From contig CAVWHX010000007.1 in NCBI GenBank assembly GCA_963754925.1, positions 64,001 through 128,000 of the forward strand: a DNA stretch of 64,000 nucleotides, given 5' to 3'. Positions 40,830-51,640 of the stretch are shown one piece after another. The first letter of the stretch is position 1, and the number at the start of each line of letters is the position of its first letter. The notes under the pieces are model-generated. The model saw only the letters and a list, made by a program, of their open reading frames with translations. It had not been told where the DNA came from and did not search any database. The position numbers and the translations under genes were made by a program. The DNA is from an uncultured delta proteobacterium (GTDB lineage: Bacteria; Myxococcota; B64-G9).

Positions 40830-41959
40830 CCCAAAAATCCATCTTCGCCGTCACGCTTCTGGCTGCGATGGCAGGGTGCCACCACAAGGAAAAAATACCC
40901 GATCCGGCACCGTACCACATCGAGGGTCAAACGATCATAATTCCCTCCGGCTCACCCCAACTCGCTTCGTTGAACGTGGAACCGGTTACCCTGATGCATG
41001 GCACCGTCGTGCATATGACCGGCCGTCTGGTGTGGGATGAAGACGTCACCGTTCGAGTATTTTCACCGTTTTCGGGGCGGGTACGCCGCGTGTTGGTAGA
41101 AATCGGTCAGAGCGTGCAGCGCGGGGCTCCACTGGTCGAAATCGAATCTCCGGATTATGGACAGGCGCAAACGGATGCTCGCCGGGCCGAGACCGATTTT
41201 CAGCTCGCCGAGCGAAATCTGAGTCGCATCAACGATCTCTTTGAACACGGGGCCGCAGCGCATAAAGATATCGCCGCGGCCCAGGCCGATTACGCCCGTT
41301 CCGCATCGGAAAAAGAGCGGACCAGTGCGCGTCTCGCCGCGCTCGGCGGCAGAGACAACATCATCGACCAGGCGTTCATCCTGCGCGCGCCCCTGGTAGG
41401 GGTGGTGGCCGAAAAGAATATCAACCCGGGGCAAGAGATCCGTCCCGATCAAATGCTTTCAAACGCGCCGCCGTTATTCGTTATCACCGACCCAACTCGG
41501 CTCTGGCTGCAGCTTGACGCCTCCGAGCGCGATCTGGCCGCCTTAACGCCGGGATCGATGCTCACCGTCCACTCCCAGGCGTATCCGAGTCGTCTCTTCG
41601 AAGGGCGGCTCAATCTGGTCACCGATATGCTCGACCCGCAGACCCGCACACTCAAAGTGCGCGGCACCATAGCTAACCCGGAGCGCATGCTCAAGGCCGA
41701 GATGTATGTCAACGCAGATCTGCGCAAAAATGATCAAGACGTGATTCAAGTCGATAAGGGCGCAGTGCTCCAGCGGAATGAGAAATATTACCTTTTCATC
41801 GAGGATGGACCGGGGCGATTCACCCGGAAGATGATTACGATCGGCGCCGAGAACGATGGTCATATCACGGTAATCGAGGGGCTCAGCGAGGGGGACCGGG
41901 TGGTGGGGGAAGGCAGCTTGTTGCTAGAAGAGTGGCTTGAATCCCCGGAGGGTTCGTAG
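40826..41959 (+). CDS. RND periplasmic adaptor, CzcB-like
   Basis: Lipobox MAGC, SPFSGRV, LRAPLVGVV, LDPQTRTLKVR and GLSEGDRVV. Confidence 0.9.
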   Translation: MTQKSIFAVTLLAAMAGCHHKEKIPDPAPYHIEGQTIIIPSGSPQLASLNVEPVTLMHGTVVHMTGRLVWDEDVTVRVFSPFSGRVRRVLVEIGQSVQRGAPLVEIESPDYGQAQTDARRAETDFQLAERNLSRINDLFEHGAAAHKDIAAAQADYARSASEKERTSARLAALGGRDNIIDQAFILRAPLVGVVAEKNINPGQEIRPDQMLSNAPPLFVITDPTRLWLQLDASERDLAALTPGSMLTVHSQAYPSRLFEGRLNLVTDMLDPQTRTLKVRGTIANPERMLKAEMYVNADLRKNDQDVIQVDKGAVLQRNEKYYLFIEDGPGRFTRKMITIGAENDGHITVIEGLSEGDRVVGEGSLLLEEWLESPEGS

Positions 41960-44900
41960 ATGGGGGGCGCGGTCTCGCTTATGTTGCGCCACCGAACCAT
42001 TGCCTTGTTCCTGGCGGCGGTTTTGGTGTTCGCCGGCGTGAATGCCTACCTTGACCTTCCGGTTGAAGCGTTCCCGGACATGACCAATGTCCAGGTGCAG
42101 ATCATCACCCTCTACCCGGGACATGCCGCTGAAGAAGTCGAAAAGCTCGTCACCATCCCGATCGAAAACGAGATGAATGGAATACCCAAGCGGGTATCCA
42201 TGCGGTCGATCTCCCTCTTTGGGTTGTCGCAGGTGACCATTGTCTTCGAGGATGACGCCAAAAGTGATTATGTGCGCAGCCAGGCTTTTCAACACCTATC
42301 GACCGTGACCTTACCCGCAGGGACCCAAGCGGTGCTTTCGCCAGATGCCACGCCAATCGGCGAAATCTATCGCTACACCCTGCGCGCGCCGGAGGGATAT
42401 TCGGCGATCGAACTGAAATCTCTGCAAGACTGGGTGGTCGAGCGCAAATTGCGCACGGTGCCCGGTGTCGTCGATGTGGTTGGATTTGGCGGGCCGATAA
42501 AACAATTTCAAGTGCTCGTCGATCCAGAAAAGCTCCGCGCCTACGGCCTTTCGCTTAAACAGATTTTCGATGCCCTCTCGAGCGGTAATCAAAATGCGGG
42601 CGGATCGTACGTCGAGCACGGATCGGAAATGTACGTGGTGCGGGGTCTGGGTTTTGTGCGCAATACCGTGGACATCGCGAAAATAGCGGTGGCGACGCAC
42701 AACGGTATTCCGATTTGTATCGGAGACATCGGCGCCGTCGAGATCGGCGGACGGTTGCGCTTGGGACGGGTCGGCGCGATTAACCCGCGCGGCCAAGATC
42801 AGGATGATGTGGTCGAGGGTATCGTCCTGATGCGCCGCGGCGAGAGCCCACTGGCAGTGCTCGAGCGGGTGCACGAGAAAGTTGACGAGATCAATGCGCA
42901 CTACCTACCGCCCGGTGTGGAGATAGCCCCATTTTATGATCGGACCGAATTGGTCGATCGAACGCTTCACACCGTCAGGGCGAATATGGCGGAGGGGATC
43001 GGGCTCGTGTTGCTGGTGCTCATCCTCTTTTTAGGTATCGGCAATTACCGCTCCGCCCTGACGGTCGCTACGGTTGTACCGCTGTCGCTGCTCGGCGCCT
43101 TCTTGCTGCTCGATTTGCGTGATATCCCGGCCAATCTGATTTCGATGGGGGCGATCGATTTCGGAATCATTGTCGACTCGGCGGTGGTGATTATCGAAAA
43201 CATGTTGCGGCTCCTCAAGGAGCGCCGGAAGACCTCGATTCCGCTGGCGACAACTATCGTCGATGCCGTACGCGAGATGGGCCGACCGGTCCTTTTCTCA
43301 AAAGCGATCCTACTCGCGGCGTTTATCCCGCTGTACAGCCTGCAGCGAGTTGAGGGGAAAATCTTCTTGCCGATGGCGCTCACCCTCACCTTCGCCCTGG
43401 TCGCCGGGACGTTATTCGCCTTCACCATCGTTCCTATCCTCGCCAGCTACTCCTCAAAAGAAAAAACGCTTCATGAAGAATCGGCTGTCGTCCGCTTGCT
43501 CACGCGCCTCTACACGCCGCTGCTTTCCCGCGCCCTGAAATCGCGCATGCTGGTCTTCGCGGCTGCTTTTGTCCTCATCGCCGCAGGCGCTTTCTGTTTC
43601 ACGCAGCTCGGCTCGGCCTTCCTTCCGAAGCTCGATGAGGGGTCCCTGTGGGTGCGCGTTTTCATGCCGCAGTCGATCGCGCCGACTGAAGCGATTCAGA
43701 TCACCCGGAATGTGCGGGCATTGCTGGCTTCGTTCCCCGAGGTTACCCACGTGGTGAGCCAACTGGGTCGGCCGGACGACGGAACCGACATCAACGGATT
43801 CAACGTCGCGGAATTCTCGGTCACCTTGTTACCTCGCGACGAATGGAAAACTGCGGACAATCGCGAGGCACTCAGCGAAGTCATGGCGAAAAAACTGGCC
43901 ATTCTTCCCGGCCTTCAGTCCCAATTCAGCCAATACATTGAAGACAACGTGAATGAGGCGGTTTCGGGCATCAAGAGCGAGCTCGCGGTCAAGCTTTTTG
44001 GTGAAGACCCGGAAAAGCTGCAAACTATCGGCGAGCAGATCGCCAAGGTGTTGCGATCAATTCCCGGCTCGAAAGACGTCAGCGCGGACACCCTCATCGG
44101 CCAGCCGCAGATTCAGATCTCGGTTGATCGAGCGGCGATCGCCCGCTATGGAATGACCGTGACCGATGTGCAATCGGTCATTACCACCGCCATGAGCGGC
44201 GCCACGGCGACACAGGTTCTCGAAGGGGAACGAACGTTTGATCTGGTGGTAAAGATGACGCCACGGGCGGTTTCGGATGTCGACTCGATCCGCAATATTC
44301 CCGTGCTCGGTCCGAGCGGAGAACATTTAACGCTCGGCGCACTTACCAGCGTTGAGGTCAAACCCGGTCTGGCGCGAATCATGCGCGAGGAGAATGCGCG
44401 GCGCATCGCGATAAAATTTTCCGTCCGCGGACGCGACATGGGATCGCTGGTTTCCGAGGCGCAAAAAAAGGTTGCCGCGGACGTGAAGCTGCCGACGGGG
44501 TACCGCCTCGAATGGACCGGCGCGTTCGAGAATCAAAAACGAGCTGTGGGACGCCTGCAGATCATCGTTCCGATAACGCTGCTCATCATCTTTTTCCTTC
44601 TCTTCATCGCCTTCGACTCGGCCAAACTTGCCTCGCTGATCGTGGTTAATATCCCGTATGCCCTGGCTGGAGGAATCATGGCTCTCCTCGTCGCCAACCT
44701 CGATCTATCGGTTTCGGCGCTCGTCGGCTTTGTCGCCGTCCTCGGCATCTCGATCCAAAACCGAGTCATCATGGTGGCGCGGATTCGCGAGCTGCGTCGC
44801 CAGGGGATCGTTCAGGCCGCTGCGATTCTCGACGGAGCCACCTCGCGTGTTCGTCCGATGGTAATGACCGCGCTCATGGCCATCCTGGGGCTCCTGCCAG

Positions 44901-45076
44901 CGGCTGTCTCAAAAGCTGTCGGGGCTGAAACGGCCCGGCCGTTCGCGGTGGTCATCATCGGCGGACTCATTGCCGACACCCTGCTTACGCTCTTCATGGT
45001 ACCGATCCTGTATCAGTGGTTCGAGCCGAAACAGCCCCAGTCGAACGATACCTCGATACCCGGAAAGGAGAATTAA
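41960..45076 (+). CDS. CusA/CzcA-family heavy-metal RND permease
   Basis: LPVEAFPDMTNVQVQI, the TM4 HME signature AIDFGIIVDSAVVIIEN, FLPKLDEG and RVRPMVMTA. Confidence 0.93.
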   Translation: MGGAVSLMLRHRTIALFLAAVLVFAGVNAYLDLPVEAFPDMTNVQVQIITLYPGHAAEEVEKLVTIPIENEMNGIPKRVSMRSISLFGLSQVTIVFEDDAKSDYVRSQAFQHLSTVTLPAGTQAVLSPDATPIGEIYRYTLRAPEGYSAIELKSLQDWVVERKLRTVPGVVDVVGFGGPIKQFQVLVDPEKLRAYGLSLKQIFDALSSGNQNAGGSYVEHGSEMYVVRGLGFVRNTVDIAKIAVATHNGIPICIGDIGAVEIGGRLRLGRVGAINPRGQDQDDVVEGIVLMRRGESPLAVLERVHEKVDEINAHYLPPGVEIAPFYDRTELVDRTLHTVRANMAEGIGLVLLVLILFLGIGNYRSALTVATVVPLSLLGAFLLLDLRDIPANLISMGAIDFGIIVDSAVVIIENMLRLLKERRKTSIPLATTIVDAVREMGRPVLFSKAILLAAFIPLYSLQRVEGKIFLPMALTLTFALVAGTLFAFTIVPILASYSSKEKTLHEESAVVRLLTRLYTPLLSRALKSRMLVFAAAFVLIAAGAFCFTQLGSAFLPKLDEGSLWVRVFMPQSIAPTEAIQITRNVRALLASFPEVTHVVSQLGRPDDGTDINGFNVAEFSVTLLPRDEWKTADNREALSEVMAKKLAILPGLQSQFSQYIEDNVNEAVSGIKSELAVKLFGEDPEKLQTIGEQIAKVLRSIPGSKDVSADTLIGQPQIQISVDRAAIARYGMTVTDVQSVITTAMSGATATQVLEGERTFDLVVKMTPRAVSDVDSIRNIPVLGPSGEHLTLGALTSVEVKPGLARIMREENARRIAIKFSVRGRDMGSLVSEAQKKVAADVKLPTGYRLEWTGAFENQKRAVGRLQIIVPITLLIIFFLLFIAFDSAKLASLIVVNIPYALAGGIMALLVANLDLSVSALVGFVAVLGISIQNRVIMVARIRELRRQGIVQAAAILDGATSRVRPMVMTALMAILGLLPAAVSKAVGAETARPFAVVIIGGLIADTLLTLFMVPILYQWFEPKQPQSNDTSIPGKEN

Positions 45077-45079
45077 CTC

Positions 45080-46009
45080 TTGCACAACGTCATAAAATCG
45101 GTCAGTGTTGCGTCTATGAAAAACTCAACTCTCTTAATTCTCGTTAGTCTTGTTATGTTCCAAGCTCTTTTCTTTGGTTGTAGCAAGAAAGAGCCCAACC
45201 AAGGCGGTTCGGAGTCGTCGAAAGCCGGCGAGGCTCAGAACAAACAAGCGGAGCCGGCATCCGTTGCACCGACAACCATTCCACCTCCCCCCGATGTAGC
45301 CGCCCCGCCGGCCGACGCGCAAAAGACTTCTTCCGGCTTATCGTCGAAGATTCTTCAAGCCGGCACCGGAACAACCCACCCGACCGCCGAGGATATCGTC
45401 AAGGTCCATTACACCGGATGGACTACCGACGGAAAAATGTTCGATAGCTCCATAGTACGAGGACAGCCGTTAAGCTTTCCGTTGAATCGAGTCATCCCCG
45501 GCTGGACCGAGGGCGTACAGCTTATGGTGACCGGCGAAAAGCGACGCCTCTGGATTCCCGAAGGGCTGGCATACCAGGGTCGGGCGGGAGCGCCTCAGGG
45601 AATGCTGGTCTTTGATGTCGAGTTGCTCGACATCATCGCTCCGCCGAAAGCGCCCGACGACGTGAAAGCGCCTCCCGCAGACGCGATTAAACCGAAATCT
45701 GGACTCGTTTCCAAGGTATTGAAGGCTGGTACCGGAACAACTCATCCCGGTCCAACATCCACGGTAACCGTGCATTACTCTGGCTGGACCACCGACGGCA
45801 AAATGTTCGACAGCTCAGTTACCCGGGGGAAACCCACAACCTTTTCCCTAAGCGATGTCATTGCAGGCTGGACCGAGGGATTGCAGTTGATGGTGACCGG
45901 AGAGCAACGCCGTTTGTGGATTCCCGAGGAGTTGGCATATAAGGGCCGGGCGGGCGCTCCCCAAGGCATGTTGGTTTTCGATGTTGAATTGATATCGATT
46001 AAAAACTAA
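45080..46009 (+). CDS. Lipoprotein with two tandem FKBP peptidyl-prolyl isomerase domains
   Basis: Lipobox FFGC and two copies of VHYxGWTTDGKMFDSS...VIxGWTEGxQLM...LVFDVEL. Confidence 0.93.
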   Translation: MHNVIKSVSVASMKNSTLLILVSLVMFQALFFGCSKKEPNQGGSESSKAGEAQNKQAEPASVAPTTIPPPPDVAAPPADAQKTSSGLSSKILQAGTGTTHPTAEDIVKVHYTGWTTDGKMFDSSIVRGQPLSFPLNRVIPGWTEGVQLMVTGEKRRLWIPEGLAYQGRAGAPQGMLVFDVELLDIIAPPKAPDDVKAPPADAIKPKSGLVSKVLKAGTGTTHPGPTSTVTVHYSGWTTDGKMFDSSVTRGKPTTFSLSDVIAGWTEGLQLMVTGEQRRLWIPEELAYKGRAGAPQGMLVFDVELISIKN

Positions 46010-46048
46010 TCCTGCGTGCCCGAAACGATAATTCACCTCTAGCAGTGT

Positions 46049-46447
46049 CTATTTTCCCAAGAGACGCGCATAGAGATGGTCACCGAGGGATTCACGCATC
46101 ATCGCCTCGACCATATTCTCAAAGTCACTGCGCTGATGATCGTTGTCGTAGATGAATTGAATTCCCATACCGGGCTCTTTTTGTTGACGATTAGAGGGTT
46201 TATCGGGCTCGTTGATCCACACCACTACTCCCCGGATGTCAATCGGCTGAGAAAGGCGTGGAATCACCAGTTTAAAGAGAAATTCCGTCCCAATCGGCAG
46301 AGGTCGTTCGGTTTTAATGAACGTGCCACCCTTAGAGATATTTTTTGTGTAATCGGCAAAGAATGTGTTGAGTTTTTTGTATTCAACCTTCAGTTCGATT
46401 GGCGCACGAACATGTTGGCGCTTTTCTGGGGTACCCGTCTCCGTCAT
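46049..46447 (-). CDS. Myxococcal-type single-domain PilZ protein
   Basis: EKRQHVR (RxxxR), NISKGGTFI and GVVVW...PGMGIQF. Confidence 0.9.
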   Translation of the reverse strand: MTETGTPEKRQHVRAPIELKVEYKKLNTFFADYTKNISKGGTFIKTERPLPIGTEFLFKLVIPRLSQPIDIRGVVVWINEPDKPSNRQQKEPGMGIQFIYDNDHQRSDFENMVEAMMRESLGDHLYARLLGK

Positions 46448-46711
46448 GGTAGGTGGTCCCTTCGGTTAACAAACCATCAACATTATCGAATTGTAATTCA
46501 GAAGATACGTTAACGTCAATTCTTTTGGCCTGTTTTTGGTTTACTATACGTTGAATTCGATGGTTACGCTTGATTAAAACGTTGCTCTCATTGACAACAA
46601 AACAAATCCAGACTTAATCTATGCAAAGATTCGTTTCGACGCTTGGGAAAAACATTTTTGGATAAGGACTAATAACAACGTTTATTTTTTCCTTTCCTGG
46701 GGTCAGGTCAT

Positions 46712-47326
46712 ATGATCGATACGCTTAAAACCATAGTAGATTGCACTCTTACCTGCGTGGCTCTCATCAATCCCATCAGCAAGCTTTTCTTGCTTTCGAC
46801 ACTGTCAAAACGGGCTACTGGCGCTGAAATCGCCCGCATTGCGATAAAATCATCGTTTGTCGCTACCATGATCCTTCTTTCCTTCGTTTTCGCCGGCAAC
46901 TTCATACTAGTCGTTGTGTTTCACATTCAGATTTACGCGTTTAAAATCGCTGGCGGACTGGTATTGCTCTACCGTGGATTCGAGGCCCTAAACAAAGGCC
47001 TCTTTTTCGAATTCGATGAGACCCAGAAGCTTGAAGAGATATCCGTCGTGCCCCTCGCCTCGCCGATGATTGCAGGACCAGCCACCATCGCCGGGGCTGT
47101 TTCATTCCCGGCCAAGTACGGACTGACGGTTACCGCCTTGTCAATTCTTATCGCCGTCGGCTTCAATTTGGCTGTCATGCTGGCCGCAAGACCTATCGCC
47201 GGGTTCTTTGATCGCCACCACATCATGGGCGCGCTGATACGTATCACCGGCCTTATTGTGGCCACTATTGGTGTTCAGATGATATTGGATGGCGGCGGGG
47301 ACTATTTCAAAGCGACCGGTTGGTAA
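46712..47326 (+). CDS. MarC family membrane protein
   Basis: INPI, FKIAGG, VPLASPMIAGPATI and RITGLIVATIGVQ. Confidence 0.92.
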   Translation: MIDTLKTIVDCTLTCVALINPISKLFLLSTLSKRATGAEIARIAIKSSFVATMILLSFVFAGNFILVVVFHIQIYAFKIAGGLVLLYRGFEALNKGLFFEFDETQKLEEISVVPLASPMIAGPATIAGAVSFPAKYGLTVTALSILIAVGFNLAVMLAARPIAGFFDRHHIMGALIRITGLIVATIGVQMILDGGGDYFKATGW

Positions 47327-47579
47327 AACTCTTCTCGAGCACCCCATTCCCTCAAACGATGTGATCGTGCTCGTGTAATGCTAAACAAAAACTTTAGATA
47401 GCTATCTATACTATATCGATATATCAATATTTTACTGACAGACAGCCTGGGTGCAACCTTCGATGAGCGACACCCGCAAACTTTGCCCATGGACCATAGT
47501 TCTCAAAAATCTTGCGAATTAAGCCCGGCTCCCCGGTGGAATCGATTTCTCTCAGCGCTTGATGCTCCCTCACTTGGCC

Positions 47580-48365
47580 TCAGGCGGCTCTTTCCAGAAC
47601 TTTCCTGGCAACATTTGTTATTAAGTTGCGCGGGAAGAAACGATGGAGCTCTGAAAGTACAATATTGCCAACCCCCGTCACAACAATAGGTTTGCCCTTT
47701 AGCATAGCGTGGTAACCAATTTCGGCTACCGTCTTCGCATCCATCATACCATTTCGCACTAATCTTGAACCTTCCATCTTAGCTGCAGCTTGAAATTCGG
47801 TTTTTGTAGCCCCGGGACAAAGAGCGGTCACGGTGACGCCGGTTCCCTTCACCTCGTTGGCAAGCGCCTCCGAGAATGAAAGAACGTAAGCTTTGGAGGC
47901 GCAGTAGGTGGCCATCAACGGACCCGGCTGAAAGGAAGCGGTTGACGCGAGATTCATAATGCGGCCGCTTTTTCGTTGTATCATTCCCGGCAAAAAAAGC
48001 CTGGTCAAATGGGTTAGGGCGACAATGTTGACCTGCAAAAGCTCCAATTCTCTCGTCACATCATGCTCGGAGAATAAACCATAGGTCCCGAACCCGGCGT
48101 TATTCACCAAAACATCCAAGGCCACGGATTCCGACTGAAGAGCCTTGAATATCCGGTCGGGCGCCTCCGGCTCGGCCAAATCTATTGGCATCGCCGTGGC
48201 GGCTATCCCCTGTCCTCTTTGTAGTTGGTCGGCTACGTTCTCCAACGTATCCTTTCGGCGAGCGACCAGGAACAAATCGTAACCGTCTATGGCAAAAAGT
48301 TTAGCGAGTTCCAGCCCGATCCCGCTGGATGCGCCGGTAATCAATGCTTTTTTTCGACTGTTCAT
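47580..48365 (-). CDS. Short-chain dehydrogenase/reductase
   Basis: TGASSGIG, NNAGFG and catalytic YCASK. Confidence 0.93.
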   Translation of the reverse strand: MNSRKKALITGASSGIGLELAKLFAIDGYDLFLVARRKDTLENVADQLQRGQGIAATAMPIDLAEPEAPDRIFKALQSESVALDVLVNNAGFGTYGLFSEHDVTRELELLQVNIVALTHLTRLFLPGMIQRKSGRIMNLASTASFQPGPLMATYCASKAYVLSFSEALANEVKGTGVTVTALCPGATKTEFQAAAKMEGSRLVRNGMMDAKTVAEIGYHAMLKGKPIVVTGVGNIVLSELHRFFPRNLITNVARKVLERAA

Positions 48366-48487
48366 GACCTGATACCTCCCTTGAGATTTCCGAACAAACA
48401 GAATGCTAATGAACAATTATAATTGCTTAAGATTCAGCGGTCGTTTGTCAAGCCGCGAATTTTCAACTAAAATGACGGCGAGATCCG

Positions 48488-48892
48488 CTAAGGAAGCTGA
48501 TAGCCAACGGCCGTGCCCCCATCTACCGTGAGCGCGCGGGTTAGAATGATTGCCGTTTTTTTTGACGTCTGGCACACGGTAAAACCCACCTCGTAACGCC
48601 CATTGGTAAGGTTGAGAACCTTCGTCAGGCGTGTCTCCGGTCGATGACGTTCGTCAAAGAAAAACCGCGTCAGCGAAACTACTTCAGCGGTCGATTCGAC
48701 CTCGCTTACCCGGAGATCGAGTTCGGTCAAATCGCGGACAAGATCGTCCGAGAGATCAATGCTGATGGTCACTTCGTGCTTCAAGGATACCGTTATCTGA
48801 TTGACGGCAAGACCGATCGCGATACCGAGAAAGACGAGGCCGACTATTTTGCGAATTCGTTGAGACGTATTAGTGATGCGGTCGTTGTTCAT
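48488..48892 (-). CDS. Hypothetical membrane-anchored protein
   Basis: An N-terminal TM helix followed by a beta-rich domain. It is co-oriented with its neighbours. Confidence 0.55.
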   Translation of the reverse strand: MNNDRITNTSQRIRKIVGLVFLGIAIGLAVNQITVSLKHEVTISIDLSDDLVRDLTELDLRVSEVESTAEVVSLTRFFFDERHRPETRLTKVLNLTNGRYEVGFTVCQTSKKTAIILTRALTVDGGTAVGYQLP

Positions 48893-48962
48893 GCGCCCCG
48901 GAAACGAAGAGAGGTACTCTCCCTTCCCAAAAAACTAAGAGGTGCGGGTTTCTCGCTGCAGG

Positions 48963-49376
48963 TTACTTCGCTCGATTCCTTCGATACGAAGCCTTTTCCA
49001 CTTTCTTGATTCGTACGTTGGTTTCAGTTTTCGGGCGCAGCGAATCGCTCTCATCTATGAAGCGCACCTTCGTGTCGATCTCCAACGAGATTGACGACAA
49101 AACCCTCTTGAAAACCGCCACAAGATCGGTGGACTGCAAAAACTCGCGCAGTTCCTTGGAGAGAATTTTGGACAGATCTTCCTTTGACTTGGCCATCTGG
49201 TTGGACAGGTACTGAATCGCATCTTTGGGCAATTTCATTTCCCCGAAAAACGAGCGGATACCATCTTCGGAGGTAAGTAGGGCATCCGCTCCTGAAAGAA
49301 AGGCCCGCTTGAAAAACTCCGGCAGTGACCGGTCGGACTTTTTTGCACCAGAAGAATCGTCGGGTAATCTGTCCAT
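48963..49376 (-). CDS. Hypothetical protein
   Basis: AGGTG RBS and a helical protein (TSEDGIR...KLPKDAIQYL...ELREFL) downstream of rtcB. Confidence 0.65.
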   Translation of the reverse strand: MDRLPDDSSGAKKSDRSLPEFFKRAFLSGADALLTSEDGIRSFFGEMKLPKDAIQYLSNQMAKSKEDLSKILSKELREFLQSTDLVAVFKRVLSSISLEIDTKVRFIDESDSLRPKTETNVRIKKVEKASYRRNRAK

Positions 49377-49461
49377 ATCACCTATCCTTTTCTGTGTTCA
49401 GCATAACGAGAGAACGTCCCCTAGGTCAACAGTCATTCACATGACAAAACGACCCTCGCGA

Positions 49462-50940
49462 TCATCCCTTGAGCACTGCCAAAGGAACAAACCGTGCAAC
49501 CGGGGCCGCCAATCCAGCGCCGACAACCGTTTCGATAACGGCATCGATATCTTTATACGCTGCCGGCGCCTCCTCTTTGATACTGCGCGGGTCTTCGCAC
49601 AGCAACAGTATCCCTTCCATACTCTCTTCAAATTCCCTGTCAGAAATTATTCCGCCGCTCTGCTTCCCTTTTCGGCTGCGCCTACCCCGCCTTCCCGATC
49701 CCGCCGCCGCCTTTCGGGACATGGTGCGGCCGGCGCCGTGGTTGGTTGAAAATAAACTCACCACACCTTCTTCGACCCCGCGCAGCAACCAACTCGCCGT
49801 CCCCATCGACCCGGGCACCAAAACCGGCTGACCGAGATCGGCAAAAGGGGTCCCGGTCATGAGCGTTGCCGGAAAAGCCCGTGTGGCGCCCTTGCGATGG
49901 ATCATCAGCTTTCGGTTATGGTGCCACTCGAGCGACGCAAGGTTATGAGCCACATCGTACACCGTATCCAGTGGCTCCTGGCCCAGAATTTCCCGCAACA
50001 CTTTTTTCACCATCACGGCCATCAGGGTGCGGTTGGCAAAAGCGTAGTTGGCCGCGGCGTTCATCGCCCCCAGGTAATCCTTGCCACTAGCGCTATCGAG
50101 CGGAAGGATGGCCAGGTGAGCATTGGGCACCGGTATCTTTAGTTCTCGGTCGAAAGATGCGGCAGTCTGCATGTAGTATGAGCCAATCTCGTGTCCGAGA
50201 CCGCGCGAACCCGAATGAATCATCACCACCAGCTGCTCTTCACGCAAGCCCCAGCGCGCGGCGCAAACCGCGTCCGCAATATGATCGACGCGCTGGAACT
50301 CGATAAAATGGTTGCCGCCGCCGAGCGTAGCGAGCTGACCGGCGCCGCGTTCAAACGCTCGGCCTGGTACGGCGTTCAATGCTCCCGGAAGGCTGCCGTT
50401 GCGCTCGATATGTTCGAGGATGTCTTCTTCTTCGATAAAATCAATCGCCGATAAAAGATGCGCATTGGTCAATACGGCGTTCTGATTTCTTTTTAGTTCC
50501 GCAAGCAGTCCTGGCACCCCTTCTTTGAGGGTGGCTTGCAACGCCTGCGGAGCCAAGCGCAGATTGCTCTTGCCCTCGCCGAGCGGAATAATCCGGCGCA
50601 CGCCGAAGGCGAGACTTCTGATATCCACATCCGCGGCCTTCCAGGGAGTGGTAAGAAGCCGCATGCCGCAGTTGATATCGTAACCGACTGCCGCGGGCGA
50701 AATAAAGTCCTCGGCTCCCACCACGCCCCCGATCGGTACGCCGTAGCCCACGTGAATGTCCGGGGTGGCAAGCACCGCGGCCACGTTCGGCAATGAAGCC
50801 GCATCGGCAAGTTGTGAAAGGGATTCCGGTTCAACCGGGATCCTCTCCGACACAAAAACGCGCGCCGGGACCTGCATCGTGCCTTGCTTGGGCACGTTCA
50901 GTTCATACGGACCAACACGCTCAACCTTCACCTTCAACAT
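49462..50940 (-). CDS. rtcB: RtcB RNA ligase
   Basis: PDIHVGYGVPIG, GYDINCG, TLGGGNHFIE, HSGSRG, VAHN, HRKGAT, PGSMG, HGAGR and EEAPAAYK. Confidence 0.96.
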   Translation of the reverse strand: MLKVKVERVGPYELNVPKQGTMQVPARVFVSERIPVEPESLSQLADAASLPNVAAVLATPDIHVGYGVPIGGVVGAEDFISPAAVGYDINCGMRLLTTPWKAADVDIRSLAFGVRRIIPLGEGKSNLRLAPQALQATLKEGVPGLLAELKRNQNAVLTNAHLLSAIDFIEEEDILEHIERNGSLPGALNAVPGRAFERGAGQLATLGGGNHFIEFQRVDHIADAVCAARWGLREEQLVVMIHSGSRGLGHEIGSYYMQTAASFDRELKIPVPNAHLAILPLDSASGKDYLGAMNAAANYAFANRTLMAVMVKKVLREILGQEPLDTVYDVAHNLASLEWHHNRKLMIHRKGATRAFPATLMTGTPFADLGQPVLVPGSMGTASWLLRGVEEGVVSLFSTNHGAGRTMSRKAAAGSGRRGRRSRKGKQSGGIISDREFEESMEGILLLCEDPRSIKEEAPAAYKDIDAVIETVVGAGLAAPVARFVPLAVLKG

Positions 50941-51071
50941 AACGCATTATTTTGCCACAGAAACGAACGGGTGAGGAGATATTCTTTCCTCATGCCAAAA
51001 GCTACGAAAATCTCTAGAGCTTTTCAATATGGCTGAATATCATAACTGTTAGATCAACGATCTTCCTGCGC

Positions 51072-51335
51072 TTACGTATCGTTATTCAATTTCTTAAGTG
51101 GATCTTGTGCGGTAGGTTGCTGTTTATCTTTTCGCCCGAGGGCAAGCAGCTCAGACTCCAAGACGCTCAAACCGAGCTCTAATCTCTTCAAAAAAGATTC
51201 GATGCAAAGCAACGTAGCGTCGATTTTGTCAAAGCGCCGGTTGACGATGACAAAATTGTCGAAGACCATCTTGGAGTTGTTTTCGATATTCACCATCAAT
51301 AGTTTGTGTTTTTCTATATCCATTAACTTCTCCAT
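51072..51335 (-). CDS. Small coiled-coil hypothetical protein
   Basis: An 87-aa ORF with heptad Leu spacing in an AT-rich region. Confidence 0.4.
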   Translation of the reverse strand: MEKLMDIEKHKLLMVNIENNSKMVFDNFVIVNRRFDKIDATLLCIESFLKRLELGLSVLESELLALGRKDKQQPTAQDPLKKLNNDT

Positions 51336-51640
51336 TTCATCATCTCGCTAAAAATACGCCGCACATCGTTTTAAAAGATTCTCCAAGTCCACAGAATCGT
51401 TACCCATCTTTTAAATATTGAAATGCAATTTAGATACCAAGTTAATGCACTCACATCGATAATGATTATTGATTCAATAAAGTTATTTATTATTCGAATA
51501 GATGTCACCTGCCGTCAATACTGGGGAATTGGTTAATGGTTTGCAGAGAGCCTTCAAAATCATACATCAGGTGTCTGATTTTCGGACACCGTGGTGTCAG
51601 TGCAACCCTAGCGACTAGAAAATCCTAAGTAGCAGACAGT

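Noticed and set aside
45300..46000. Long DNA direct repeat
   Set aside because: Explained by the tandem FKBP domains, a known architecture.
50944..50957. Possible sigma54 promoter upstream of rtcB (TGGCAAAATAATGC)
   Set aside because: The GG-GC spacing is one base short and it lies only 3 nt from the start codon.
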